Source of the DNA: Synechocystis sp. PCC 6803 substr. PCC-P
GTDB taxonomy: Bacteria; Cyanobacteriota; Cyanobacteriia; Cyanobacteriales; Microcystaceae
DNA length: 32,000 nucleotides
Assembly (NCBI RefSeq): GCF_000284455.1
Contig: NC_017039.1
Coordinates: forward strand, 1,860,001-1,892,000
Reading direction: 5' to 3'
The notes beneath the pieces are model-generated. The model worked only from the letters and a program-made list of their open reading frames with translations, was not told the DNA's origin and did not search any database. Shown one piece after another: positions 1 through 10,038 of the stretch. The position numbers and the translations under genes are program-made. Each line of letters opens with the position of its first letter. The first letter of the stretch is position 1.

Positions 1-1
1 C

Positions 2-400
2 CAATGGCCACCGGGGCAACGCCTATCATCGATGATGGCCCCCACTATACTTTTAGACCAGGAACAACCCCGGCTAGTTTTGGGGTCAGGGGGATCAAAT
101 CGCATTCGTAGTGCCATTTTGCAGGTGGTCTGTCATCACCTAGATTACCAATTACCCTTAGCCGAAGCGGTGGGGCGGGAACGTATTCATTGGGAGGCCC
201 ATAAATTAGATTTGGAGCCAACCTCTGTAGCTGATATTCTGGCCCAGTTGCGATTTGACGACGGCACCCAGGGTACCCTTTGGACGGAACAAAATATGTT
301 TTTTGGGGGAGTTCATGGGGTTGCCACCACCACTGCGGGGACCATGGAAGGGGTTGGAGATCCCCGGCGATCGGGGGCCGTGGCCTACAGTCTGGAATAA
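2..400 (+). CDS. ggt: Gamma-glutamyltranspeptidase, C-terminal part (gene truncated by window start)
   Basis: Reading frame is open to the window edge and ends with TAA at 398-400. The C-terminal [10 protein letters not shown] motif and [10 protein letters not shown]...[15 protein letters not shown] are typical of the small subunit of this family. Confidence 0.85.
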
Positions 401-460
401 CATTGGTTACAATTCTTAGGGCAATGCGGTAAGTTATTTAGCGAACAGCGTTTCCCCTTT

Positions 461-2077
461 TTGCGATTACGGCTGAGTTGTCTGGTCACATTCCCAATGA
501 AATCAATCCATCCGCTCAAATTTTGGTCTTCTTCCACTCTGTTGTTGCTACTCAGCACCAGCGTCGGTGTCTTTTTGCCCGGCTTCAGTGGCGGCCAGGG
601 GGCGATCGCCGTGGCCCAAAGTGTTTCTCCTCCGGACAATGCACCATCGGCAGAAACAGGAAATAATGCTGATGACAGTGGGTTTCCTCTTCCCCAATTA
701 CCGGACACAGCGCCCAACGAGCGCTTAAATCCCTCCGGTAACCCCCTCATGTTTCCCACCAAGCCCGACGAGGTGGACACCACAGTTCGGCAAGCTATTA
801 CTTTGGACGAAGCCATTGATCTGGCCCTGAGAAATAATGAACAACTCCAGCAGGCCAAGCTATCCCTAGAGCAACAGGAAGCTGGTTTAATGGCGGCAAG
901 GGCGGCCCTTTTCCCTAGCCTGGACACGGATTTTACCTTTAGTCGGGATAGTAGTGCGGCGGCCGAAGCCACCAATGCCCTCATTGCCAACCAGAATCAA
1001 ACCACTACCGTCAACCCAGAACTGCGTTCGGAAACTAGCACCAATGCAGTGGGTAACATCAACCTGACCTATAGTATTTATGCCGGGGGGGAAAGGAGCG
1101 CCCAAATTGCCAAAGCCGAGCAGTTGGTGCAAAACAGTCGCCTCCAGGTGGAAGTGGTGGCAGAACAAACCCGCTTTGAAGCCACAGATCGTTACTATGC
1201 TCTCCAGGGGGCCGATGCCCAGGTGGCGATCGCCCAAGCCTCCGTGGAAGATGCTTCCCAGAGTTTGCGGGATGCCCGTTTGTTAGAACAGGCCGGGTTG
1301 GGCACCCGCTTTGACGTGTTACGGGCGGAAGGAGATTTGGCCACCGCCAACGAAGCTTTAACCAGGTCGATCGCCGATCAACGCAATGCCCGCCGCCGTC
1401 TGGCCCAATTGTTGAGCGTGGGGCAACGGGTGGAATTAACCGCCGCCGATGAAATTGTGGAAGCCGGGGATTGGAGCTTACCCCTGGATGAAAGCATTGT
1501 TCAAGCCTATAAAAACCGGGCTGAACTGGAGCAACAATTGGTGCAAATTGAAGTGAGCGAACAGGACCGCTACATTGCCCTGGCAGCCATTAAACCCAGG
1601 GTGGATTTTCTGGCCAATTACACCTACCAAAATAATTTTGATAGCAGTGCCGGGTTAGTGGATGGTTATGCCTTTGCCGCTCGAGTACGGTGGAACTTTT
1701 TTGACGGGGGCCGGGCCTTTGCCGAAGCTCGCCGGGCTGATCGCCAGATGGACATTGCTAAAACTGCTTTTTCTGAGCAAAGAAACCAAATTCGTTTGGA
1801 AGTAGAGGAATCCTACTACACCCTAATTTCCAACAAGGAAAATATTGGCAGTACCCGCACCAACGTCATTCGTTTTGAAGAAGCCCTCCGTTTAGCTCGA
1901 CTACGGTTCCAGGCTGGGGTAGGCACCCAAACGGACGTTATTAACGCCCAGCGGGACTTAGCCAACGCCCGGGGAAGGTTCCTACAGGCGATTATTGGCT
2001 ATAACCAATCATTGAACCAACTACAACGCTCCATCAGTAATTTGCCCAACAATCATTTGTTTGATATTCAGCCTTAA
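461..2077 (+). CDS. tolC: TolC-like outer-membrane efflux/secretion factor (OEP family); an in-frame ATG at about 497 is a more likely start than the TTG at 461
   Basis: Hydrophobic signal peptide, then two OEP repeats (AIDLALRNNEQLQQAKLSLEQQEAGLMAARAALFPSL... and AYKNRAELEQQLVQIEVSEQDRYIALAAIKPRVDFLANY...), and a C-terminal GVGTQTDVINAQRDLANARGRFLQAIIGYNQSLNQLQR. Confidence 0.85.
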   Translation: MRLRLSCLVTFPMKSIHPLKFWSSSTLLLLLSTSVGVFLPGFSGGQGAIAVAQSVSPPDNAPSAETGNNADDSGFPLPQLPDTAPNERLNPSGNPLMFPTKPDEVDTTVRQAITLDEAIDLALRNNEQLQQAKLSLEQQEAGLMAARAALFPSLDTDFTFSRDSSAAAEATNALIANQNQTTTVNPELRSETSTNAVGNINLTYSIYAGGERSAQIAKAEQLVQNSRLQVEVVAEQTRFEATDRYYALQGADAQVAIAQASVEDASQSLRDARLLEQAGLGTRFDVLRAEGDLATANEALTRSIADQRNARRRLAQLLSVGQRVELTAADEIVEAGDWSLPLDESIVQAYKNRAELEQQLVQIEVSEQDRYIALAAIKPRVDFLANYTYQNNFDSSAGLVDGYAFAARVRWNFFDGGRAFAEARRADRQMDIAKTAFSEQRNQIRLEVEESYYTLISNKENIGSTRTNVIRFEEALRLARLRFQAGVGTQTDVINAQRDLANARGRFLQAIIGYNQSLNQLQRSISNLPNNHLFDIQP

Positions 2078-2274
2078 ACGCTGTCTGAGACGATGGGATG
2101 ATGGGTGGTTAAAGGTGCTGATCAAAGTTTCCTTGAGAAATTGGCGATTCTTCCCTCGTATCCTTGTCACTTAAACTCCGGCAATTCTGGGAGAATACTA
2201 GACTGAGTCCCATCCCTCTGGACAATGCGGAGGGAAATGATTAAGGCACTTCTTCACTTCAATTTATTTTCCCT

Positions 2275-3015
2275 ATGGTCACCAACTTTGCTGAGCCAAG
2301 CTTGCCAACAGCCTCGGTTTTTGGGGTGAAGGTGCACCTTTCTGATAACTATGGTCATTGGCTAGAAAATTGTCTGCAAAGGGGTCAGGGAGTCCACGTG
2401 GTCACCCTCAACTCGGAAATGGTGATGCTGGCCGAGAAGGAACCAGCGGTGCAAGAAGTGATCCAAGGGGCAGAATTGGTCATTCCCGATGGAGCAGGGG
2501 TAACCATTTATCTAAAATTGGAAGGCATCGAGCAAAGCCGTTGCCCTGGCATTGAACTAGCGGAGGCCATGGTGCGTCACATTGGCGAAGGTAAGGATAA
2601 TCAGCCCATTGCCTTTTATGGAGGAGCACCGGGTATCACTGAACTAGCAGCCCAGCGTTGGCAGCGGGAATATCCAGGATTAAAAATTTTGGCTAACCAT
2701 GGTTTTTTAACCGAATCGGAGCAGGACGCTTGGCAACAAACTCTGGCCCGGGAACGACCCTGTCTAATTTTGGTCGGTTTAGGAGTTCCCCGGCAGGAGT
2801 ATTGGATTCGGGACCATCGTCATCTTTGTCCCCAGGGCATTTGGATTGGGGTGGGGGGCAGTTTTGACGTGTGGTCCGGCACGAAACAGAGGGCACCGGA
2901 ATTTTTCTGTCGCTACAACCTGGAGTGGTTTTATCGGCTATACCAAGAACCTTGGCGCTGGCGGCGGATGTTGGCCCTGCCCAAATTTTTCTTCCGTACT
3001 CTGGTGAGCCGTTGA
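2275..3015 (+). CDS. WecG/TagA/CpsF family glycosyltransferase
   Basis: GAELVIPDGAGVTIYLKLEG, IAFYGGAPGITELAAQRWQREYPGL, LILVGLGVPRQEYWI and GVGGSFDVWSGTKQRAPEFFCRYNLEWFYRLYQEPWRWRRM are signature segments of this family. Starts ATG. Confidence 0.9.
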   Translation: MVTNFAEPSLPTASVFGVKVHLSDNYGHWLENCLQRGQGVHVVTLNSEMVMLAEKEPAVQEVIQGAELVIPDGAGVTIYLKLEGIEQSRCPGIELAEAMVRHIGEGKDNQPIAFYGGAPGITELAAQRWQREYPGLKILANHGFLTESEQDAWQQTLARERPCLILVGLGVPRQEYWIRDHRHLCPQGIWIGVGGSFDVWSGTKQRAPEFFCRYNLEWFYRLYQEPWRWRRMLALPKFFFRTLVSR

Positions 3016-3266
3016 TAATTCTTCAAACAAAATTGGCCCTTTATGCAGTGGAAATGTTCCAGGGGTTAATAATCGGGGGAAATTGTGGATAAAGGTTACG
3101 GCTGGGGGAAATTGGGTTACATTTATTAGGTATCGCCGTCTAAATTGGTGTTGATTGGCAGGCGATCGCCCACACCTCCGGTTACGCTGACGACATATTA
3201 AATTTTATTAACTTTTGCGGCTTATTTTCCAGTCCGTTGGTCATTTTGGTTGAGGAGTGTTCTGTA

Positions 3267-4031
3267 ATGATTAACCGATCGATGAAATCTTGTTTGTTAG
3301 CGGCCCTGGGGGGATTGCTACTAGGGGGGATGACTCCTCCGGCGATCGCCGACCCCGTCAGTCTTGTCCCTGGTATGCCTGCCCCGGCCCCAGATAAGGA
3401 AACAGCCCAAGCTAACTATGACCGGAGTTACCAAGCCTATACAGAGCTATTGGGGCAAGTCACCAGCATTAACCAGTTCCGGGATGTTTCCCCCAACAAC
3501 TGGGCCTACGAAGCATTACGAAATTTAGTGGATAACTACGGCTGCATTGTCGGTTATCCTGACCGCACTTTCCGGGGCGATCGGGCTTTAACCCGGAACG
3601 AATTTGCCGCAGGTTTGAGTGCCTGCCTCACCCAGTTGGAGGCCAGGATGTTAGCCTCTCGGCAACAATTGGGGCAGTTTATGGAAGAGAAAGAAACTTC
3701 CGTCGCCGCTGGAGATACTCTGGAGAATGTTTTCACCCGAGCTTCCTACAATGCCACGGGGCGTTTTTACGACCTCACCAGTATTTCTGGCCAAGCTAAC
3801 AAAATTTTTGGTTGGCGTAGTTGGCCCGGTTCCTACTTTGACAACATGATTGCCGAAGATGCCGCTGTGGTGGAAGCCGTTTACCAAGATGCTTTGGAGC
3901 AACAAACCAGGGGGACCGTCATCCATACCAGGGATTTACCTGATCCTTTCAACCAATCCCTGTTGGAAGATTGGTCTCGTTACACCCGTTTTGGCAATCC
4001 CACTCTGCCCCCCACTGCCCCAGGTTTTTAA
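3267..4031 (+). CDS. Exported protein with a single SLH (S-layer homology) domain
   Basis: Signal peptide (MINRSMKSCLLAALGGLLLGGMTPPAIA) followed by an SLH domain (FRDVSPNNWAYEALRNLVDNYGCIVGYPDRTFRGDRALTRNEFAAGLSACLTQLE). ATG at 3267 chosen over the TTG at 3237. Confidence 0.8.
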   Translation: MINRSMKSCLLAALGGLLLGGMTPPAIADPVSLVPGMPAPAPDKETAQANYDRSYQAYTELLGQVTSINQFRDVSPNNWAYEALRNLVDNYGCIVGYPDRTFRGDRALTRNEFAAGLSACLTQLEARMLASRQQLGQFMEEKETSVAAGDTLENVFTRASYNATGRFYDLTSISGQANKIFGWRSWPGSYFDNMIAEDAAVVEAVYQDALEQQTRGTVIHTRDLPDPFNQSLLEDWSRYTRFGNPTLPPTAPGF

Positions 4032-4060
4032 GGCCCTAACGCTCGTTTCCCTTTGAATCT

Positions 4061-4501
4061 ATGTTTTTAACTGCTCTGCGGTCTTTCCTTCTTTTTCTGG
4101 CGGTAACCTGTCTGTCCCTGGCGATCGCCATGCCCGCCTGGGCTCTAACGGAGGTGCCCCTGACAGAAATTGACTATAAACCCTGTCCAGCAGACTTAGC
4201 GGAAGGCAATGTGGGCAGTGGTTCGAGCAGCCCGGCTAACTGTTTTTTGGTAACCGGCATTGCCAACAATCGGACGGGGAAAACAGTGTATGATGCCGAT
4301 GTTTTTGGACGCATTTACGATGCTAACCACGAACCAGCCATGCAAAACCGGACTCGCTTGGGTAACATTGCCGAAATTCCTCCTGGAAAAAGCGATTTTG
4401 AGGTGCGCATCAGTGTACCCGCCCAGCAACCTCTACCTTTGCAGTTGGAGCAGTTTAAAGCCTCGGGTTTTTCCGCTAAAATCCGTGGCCAGGCACTGTA
4501 A
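4061..4501 (+). CDS. Conserved hypothetical exported protein
   Basis: 146-aa ORF with clear signal peptide (LLFLAVTCLSLAIAMPAWA). Segment NCFLVTGIANNRTGKTVYDADVFGRIYDAN resembles FxLYD/transthyretin-like surface domains. Confidence 0.65.
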   Translation: MFLTALRSFLLFLAVTCLSLAIAMPAWALTEVPLTEIDYKPCPADLAEGNVGSGSSSPANCFLVTGIANNRTGKTVYDADVFGRIYDANHEPAMQNRTRLGNIAEIPPGKSDFEVRISVPAQQPLPLQLEQFKASGFSAKIRGQAL

Positions 4502-4685
4502 GCTTTGTTGATTGCCCTCCGACTGGATTACAGTAAGGTTTCAGTTGAAGCTTAGTTAACACTTTGTTGCTTATTGTTGACAGTGTGCGCCAGAACCCTA
4601 CCATTGACTGATAGATATTCTCTCCCTCCCATCCTTACTCCTTAATAATTTTGTCTTATTATCGCCAGCGATTACCGCAACCCCC

Positions 4686-5789
4686 ATGTTTAGCCGTTTT
4701 ACCAGCTTATTTGGCCGTAAATCCTCCGGGGTAGGGCTAGAAATTACCCCAGAAAGGGTTAACGTCGCCCAACTTACTTCCCAGGGTCAGAGTTATAAAC
4801 TAAGGAAATTTGGACACGCATCCATTCCGGAGGGAATTTTCGAGGAAGGAAAGATCGTTGATTCTCCGGCCCTAGCGGAAATTATTCAGGAACTGCTGAG
4901 CGAGAATGGCATTAACACCAAGCAGGTGGCAACAGCGGTACCCATGCGGGAAGCGATCATCCGTATGCTGCCGGTGCCGGCGGAGTTGGACGAAAATGAG
5001 TTGCGCGACATGGTGCTAAATCACGAAGCTGCCCTGTATCTACCCTATCCCAGGGAAGAAGTGGATTTGGATTACCAAAAGCTGGGCTTGTTTGAAGATG
5101 AGGATGGCATTGAGAAAGTGCAAGTGTTGTTAGTGGCTACCCGGCGGGAGGTAACCGATTCCTATCTGGACACTTTTCAACAGGCAGGGCTCCAGGTGGA
5201 CGTGCTAGAAATTAATAGTTTTGCGTTGATTAGAACCATTCGGGAACAGTTGCGGCAGTTTGGTTCCCGGGAAGCGGCGGTGCTGGTTGATATTGAGTTC
5301 GATAGCACGGAAATTGCCATCATTGTCGATGGAGTACCCCAGTTTTCCCGCACAGTGCCCATTGGTACTTACCAAATGCAAAATGCCCTTTCCCGGGCAA
5401 TGAATTTGCCCCCTTCCCGCAATCCAGAAATTTTGCAGGGCATGACCATTCCCGTCACCCAGTTTGACACCATGAGCACCCAAGGCACAGCGGTTAATCC
5501 TGGGATGAATGCTCTGATGCGTGTGATGGGGGAACTAACCGACGAGTTGCGACGGTCCATTAACTTCTACCTCAACCAGAGTGAGGAATTGGAACTAGTG
5601 CAGTTACTCTTGGCCGGCCCTGGTGGTGGCCTGATTCAGTTGGATGAGTATTTCACCCAACGTTTGAGTATTCCCACCGTCAAAATTGATCCCTTTGAAG
5701 CTCTGGCGATCGACACGGATCAGAATTTTTCTGACATAGAGCGACCCAGTTTGGCCACGGTTTTGGGTTTAGGTATCCGGGAAGCCTAG
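4686..5789 (+). CDS. pilM: Type IV pilus assembly protein PilM
   Basis: Actin-like fold protein starting MFSRFTSLFGRKSSGVGLEITPERVNVAQL, with VLLVATRREVTDSYLDTFQQAGLQVDVLEINSFALIR and a C-terminal ERPSLATVLGLGIRE. First gene of the pilMNO-Q order. Confidence 0.93.
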   Translation: MFSRFTSLFGRKSSGVGLEITPERVNVAQLTSQGQSYKLRKFGHASIPEGIFEEGKIVDSPALAEIIQELLSENGINTKQVATAVPMREAIIRMLPVPAELDENELRDMVLNHEAALYLPYPREEVDLDYQKLGLFEDEDGIEKVQVLLVATRREVTDSYLDTFQQAGLQVDVLEINSFALIRTIREQLRQFGSREAAVLVDIEFDSTEIAIIVDGVPQFSRTVPIGTYQMQNALSRAMNLPPSRNPEILQGMTIPVTQFDTMSTQGTAVNPGMNALMRVMGELTDELRRSINFYLNQSEELELVQLLLAGPGGGLIQLDEYFTQRLSIPTVKIDPFEALAIDTDQNFSDIERPSLATVLGLGIREA

Positions 5790-5870
5790 CGGCTTGGTTT
5801 GTTCACCTTGCCCACACCTATTGCTTCACTCCTCTCCTTGTCCGATGCCATACTCCACTGAAACCATCCC

Positions 5871-6725
5871 ATGTATAGCCTAGATGTAAATTTTCTCAAG
5901 GATCGTAACTCTGACGTTGTTCGGTCGACCCAAACTACCACTATCACCCTAACGGGGGACGATCTACAGAAGCAAATGCCGCTTTATATTGGGGCGGGGG
6001 TGATGGTACTTTTGCCTGCTTTGGCGGGGTTGGGAGTACTGCTAATCAATTGGCAAAAGGGTGTTGCTCAAACCAATATCCAACAATTGGAAACGGAGTT
6101 ATCCCAGCTACAGGGGGAACAGCAAAAAATCCAGGAAGTTGAGGCAAAAACGGCGGCGGCTCACCAAGAAGCAGATGGGCTAATTGGCGTTTTTAATCAA
6201 ATTAAACCTTGGTCAGCCCTGTTTCAGGAGATAACTAATCAGTTGCCCCAGGAAGTGCAACTCCAAAGTATCCAGCAGGAAGGAAATGTAATCACTCTTT
6301 CCGGTTTTGCTGGCAACTATGGCTCCCTCAATGATTTTCTGCTGACTTTGCAAAGCTCGAAGTTTTTGCAGGCTAATAAAACTAAGCTGATGACAGCCAA
6401 CGCGGCAGCCCTACCTATTACGGGGGAAGGGGCAACGGCAGAAACCGGGGGCACAGAGGAGCCAAGTGCAGATCAAGCTGCTTCTGGTGTTGTCATTCCA
6501 GCGGGAGTGAGTTATACCATCCAAACGGAAATTACCAATACCCCCGATAAGGAATTGATAACGGCATTGATCGCCAATGGGGCAGCCGGTTTAGTGGCTC
6601 GTTTCAAGTTTCTGGAACTGAAGGGCGTCTTGGATCGACCTGCGGGAATACCGGAGGTTGCGCCTATTTTGGAGCCACCGGCGGAGGGAGCTCCTGGAGC
6701 AGAAACCCCACCAGCTAATAATTGA
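5871..6725 (+). CDS. pilN: Type IV pilus assembly protein PilN
   Basis: MYSLDVNFLKDR N-terminus, single TM segment, coiled coil (LETELSQLQGEQQKIQEVEAK), located between pilM and pilO. Confidence 0.9.
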   Translation: MYSLDVNFLKDRNSDVVRSTQTTTITLTGDDLQKQMPLYIGAGVMVLLPALAGLGVLLINWQKGVAQTNIQQLETELSQLQGEQQKIQEVEAKTAAAHQEADGLIGVFNQIKPWSALFQEITNQLPQEVQLQSIQQEGNVITLSGFAGNYGSLNDFLLTLQSSKFLQANKTKLMTANAAALPITGEGATAETGGTEEPSADQAASGVVIPAGVSYTIQTEITNTPDKELITALIANGAAGLVARFKFLELKGVLDRPAGIPEVAPILEPPAEGAPGAETPPANN

Positions 6726-6764
6726 TGATCCCTAGCCACCGAACTTTGTTTTTAGAGGAGTGCC

Positions 6765-7592
6765 ATGACCAGCTACAGCGAAGAGTATTCATCAACGACA
6801 ACAATTATTGATGAGGAATTTGATGCGGGAGGAAATTATCCAACTGCATTTGGGATAACCTTCACCCCCCAGGTAAGTGGCATTAGTTTAGGTATTCTTG
6901 GCTTGCTGGCCATGGGTTATGTTCTGCTCAATTTTGTCATGCCAGCTTTGGGAGAATATCAACAACTAAGACAGGACGAAGAAGCTAAACAAGCTCAAGT
7001 GGATCAGCAGTCCCCGGAAGTGTTGATGCGTCGGCTAGCCAATGCGGAGGTGCAGTTACAGGAAGCTCAACAGCGTAAAGCGACAGTGTTGGAACTCTAC
7101 GCCAATAGCGAGGACTTGAACACAATCCTCTATAACTTCAATACTCTATTCGTAAATAGAAACGTGAAGTTAGTCAGCTTTTTGCCCCAGGGAGATCCGG
7201 TGGTAATCTCCGATGATAGTCTGGGGGCAAACGCAAAAAATCAGCTTAAACGACAAACTTATACCATTTCCATGACGGGCGGTTTTAGTGAAACCCTGGC
7301 ATTAATTCGGGATATTGAACGGCTGCAACCGTTAATTTTGATGAAAAATTTGCGGACTAGCTTGGTTAATCCAGAATTTCCAGTCAATGTGGTTAGGGAT
7401 GGTGACACTGTACAAGTGCAAACTGATGCGCCAGATATCCTAACTACGGATTTAACGTTGGAGGTGTTTATGCCATTAACCCCTGAGGAGATTGCCGCCC
7501 TGACTCCTCCCCCGCCGCCGCCTGGACAGGAGGGTCAACCACCGGCTGAGGGACAACCTCCAGCGGAAGGACAAGCGGCCCCGGCCCCCTAA
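6765..7592 (+). CDS. pilO: Type IV pilus assembly protein PilO with a proline/glutamine-rich tail
   Basis: Single TM, coiled coil, PilO fold region (FNTLFVNRNVKLVSFLPQGDP...MTGGFSETLALIRDIERLQPLILMKNL). Positioned between pilN and pilQ. Confidence 0.9.
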   Translation: MTSYSEEYSSTTTIIDEEFDAGGNYPTAFGITFTPQVSGISLGILGLLAMGYVLLNFVMPALGEYQQLRQDEEAKQAQVDQQSPEVLMRRLANAEVQLQEAQQRKATVLELYANSEDLNTILYNFNTLFVNRNVKLVSFLPQGDPVVISDDSLGANAKNQLKRQTYTISMTGGFSETLALIRDIERLQPLILMKNLRTSLVNPEFPVNVVRDGDTVQVQTDAPDILTTDLTLEVFMPLTPEEIAALTPPPPPPGQEGQPPAEGQPPAEGQAAPAP

Positions 7593-7687
7593 AGGGTAAT
7601 TTTGCTGGTAGATTATCGCTAACGGTCTTACGATTTTTGAATAATTATTCAATAATTGATTTTAATTGGTGTGTGAGGAGCAATTCT

Positions 7688-10030
7688 GTGAAAAATTTTC
7701 GGTTTTGGTTAACAACGGAAATAGCGACCTGTTGCTTGTTGGCCCTAGCGCCTGCCCAGGCAGAAACGGTTTCCCAGTCAAATACTTTGGATGGAGATTT
7801 GCGGACGGCGATCGCCGGTGACTCAAGTCGAGATTGGCTACAGTTTGAAAAGAGTTTGGAGCAGTCTCTCAAGCAAAAAGAAGAAATTGATTCTTGGAAA
7901 CCATCATTGGAGTTGATGCAGGCTAAATCCCTTGTCAAACCAGGGCAAAAGTTGACGAATATTGAGTTGCTGGTGCAGGAGTTGGAAGCCTTATCCGACC
8001 CACTGGCATTAAATTTTCCAGAACCGAACCAGACCAGTGTTGCTCAAATGGCTCCCCCCAGCCGCCCTATGCCTCCCCCTCCAGCGGGCAGTGGGCAGGT
8101 CATGTTTCCCAATCCCGAAATAATCATCCAACAGCAGGGTGGTGTGCCCCAACGTGGTGCCAGCCCTCAGGTGGGAAATCCTAGCATTTTATCTCCTGCG
8201 GTACCTGTGGCTCCGGTACGTTCCCGGGCTGTGCCGCCACCAGTGGGGGATTTGGCCATTTCCAACATCAATGCTTCCTTCGACATGATTGATCTTGGCC
8301 AAAGGGGTCAGGTTAACGTACCAAGCTTGGTACTACGGGAGGCCCCAGCAAGGGAAGTTTTGGCTGTGCTAACCCGTTATGCTGGCATGAATCTAATTTT
8401 TACCGATAACCAAAACAATGAAGGCACTCCTACCCCAGGTACACCTCCCGGTGGTCAGGTTGCTCCTCCCCAAGCTCAGTCAACCATTACTCTGGACATT
8501 CAAAATGAAAGTGTTCAGGACGTTTTTAACTACGTTCTGATGGCCTCAGGGCTAAAAGCTAGTCGTCGGGGTAACACAATTTTCGCTGGGGCTAATCTTT
8601 TGCCTTCGGCTCGAAATATTATTACCCGCACTATCCGGTTGAACCAGGCTAGTGCTGAGTCTGTGGCCAGTACTTTGGCTTCTCAGGGTGCGGAAGTTAA
8701 CATCCTATTTGAAGGTCAGGAAGATGTTCAGTTGGCAGAAAATGCGCCGCCAAGGGTAATTAAGCAGCCTCCTACTCTAGTTCCCTTAACTGTTCAAAAA
8801 CCAGCCAACGATTCTTCAGTTTTAATTCTGGAAGGGCTAGTGGTTAGCACTGATCCCCGTTTAAACACTGTAACCCTGGTGGGTGAACCCCGTAATGTGG
8901 AATTGGCTAGTTCCATGATTACTCAAATGGATGCTCGCCGCCGCCAAGTGGCAGTAAACGTCAAAATTATTGACATCAATCTTAATAATATTCAAGATTA
9001 TGACAGCAGTTTTTCCTTTGGCATAGGAGATAGTTTCTTTGTCCAAGACAGTGGTTCTGCGGTCATGCGCTTTGGTGACACGGCTCCAGTTCAGGAAATT
9101 GATATCAACAATAACCTGGGGCGAATCACTAATCCACCTGCCATTGTTAATCCTTTTCAAGACGGAGAGATTTTCTTTGATCTTAATAGAATAACTAACA
9201 TTGAAGTGCCTCTTGGCCCAGGGACCATCCCCATAAATTTCTTCACATCAGGTTCTGGAGCCGTTTCCAACAATCCATTGTTTAATGGAGTTACTGAATT
9301 TCCAATTGTGGAGGTAGATGAACAAGGTCTGTTAACAATCACCCAACCTGAGTTTGGTTTGCCATCTTTTTATCAATATCCTAAAAAGTTTCAGGCACAA
9401 ATTGACGCTCAAATACGTAGTGGGAATGCGAAAATTCTCACCGATCCAACTTTGATTGTTCAAGAAGGCGAGGCTGCTCAAGTTAAGTTAACAGAATCTG
9501 TTATTGCCAGCGTTGATACGCAAGTTGATACCCAGGGAGATACAGCAGTTAGAACTATTACGCCGGTTCTGGAAGATGTTGGATTAACACTAAATGTCAT
9601 AGTTGATCGAATTGATGACAATGGCTTTATTACTTTGCGCGTTAATCCAATCGTTGCATCTCCTGCTGGAACACAAGTATTTGATAGTGGTGCTGGCGCC
9701 ATCAACGAAATAACACTGATAAACAAAAGGGAACTTACTTCCGGTGTAGTTCGGCTGAGGGATGATCAGACATTCATTCTATCTGGCATTATTTCGGAAC
9801 TTCAACGTTCTACCACAAGTAAAGTTCCAATTCTAGGGGATTTACCGGTGATTGGAGCATTGTTTAGGCAGTCCACAGACACAACAGACCGTTCGGAAGT
9901 TATTATTCTCATGACCCCCAAGATCATTCATGATAGTACAGAGGCGCAGTTTGGCTTCCGTTACAATCCTGACGCGGCTACGGCGGAATTCCTGCGGCAG
10001 AAAGGATTTCCCGTTCAGGCTCAGCCATAG
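7688..10030 (+). CDS. pilQ: Type IV pilus secretin PilQ (GTG start proposed)
   Basis: STN-like domain (APAREVLAVLTRYAGMNLIFTD), secretin N-domain (TVTLVGEPRNVELASSMITQMDARRRQVAVNVKIIDINL), secretin signature (VPILGDLPVIGALFRQSTDTTDRSEVIILMTPKII). GTG at 7688 is preceded by GAGGAG and followed directly by a signal peptide. Confidence 0.93.
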   Translation: MKNFRFWLTTEIATCCLLALAPAQAETVSQSNTLDGDLRTAIAGDSSRDWLQFEKSLEQSLKQKEEIDSWKPSLELMQAKSLVKPGQKLTNIELLVQELEALSDPLALNFPEPNQTSVAQMAPPSRPMPPPPAGSGQVMFPNPEIIIQQQGGVPQRGASPQVGNPSILSPAVPVAPVRSRAVPPPVGDLAISNINASFDMIDLGQRGQVNVPSLVLREAPAREVLAVLTRYAGMNLIFTDNQNNEGTPTPGTPPGGQVAPPQAQSTITLDIQNESVQDVFNYVLMASGLKASRRGNTIFAGANLLPSARNIITRTIRLNQASAESVASTLASQGAEVNILFEGQEDVQLAENAPPRVIKQPPTLVPLTVQKPANDSSVLILEGLVVSTDPRLNTVTLVGEPRNVELASSMITQMDARRRQVAVNVKIIDINLNNIQDYDSSFSFGIGDSFFVQDSGSAVMRFGDTAPVQEIDINNNLGRITNPPAIVNPFQDGEIFFDLNRITNIEVPLGPGTIPINFFTSGSGAVSNNPLFNGVTEFPIVEVDEQGLLTITQPEFGLPSFYQYPKKFQAQIDAQIRSGNAKILTDPTLIVQEGEAAQVKLTESVIASVDTQVDTQGDTAVRTITPVLEDVGLTLNVIVDRIDDNGFITLRVNPIVASPAGTQVFDSGAGAINEITLINKRELTSGVVRLRDDQTFILSGIISELQRSTTSKVPILGDLPVIGALFRQSTDTTDRSEVIILMTPKIIHDSTEAQFGFRYNPDAATAEFLRQKGFPVQAQP

Positions 10031-10038
10031 TTAAATTC

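Noticed and set aside
385-1286. Antisense or alternative-frame ORFs over the tolC-like gene (385..990 -, 887..1237 -, 478..666 +, 1080..1286 +)
   Set aside because: They shadow a well-supported coding frame, have unnatural compositions and no recognisable domains.
8861-9726. Antisense ORFs over pilQ (8861..9160, 9157..9342, 9478..9726)
   Set aside because: They lie wholly inside the secretin coding sequence on the opposite strand, with no RBS or domain support.
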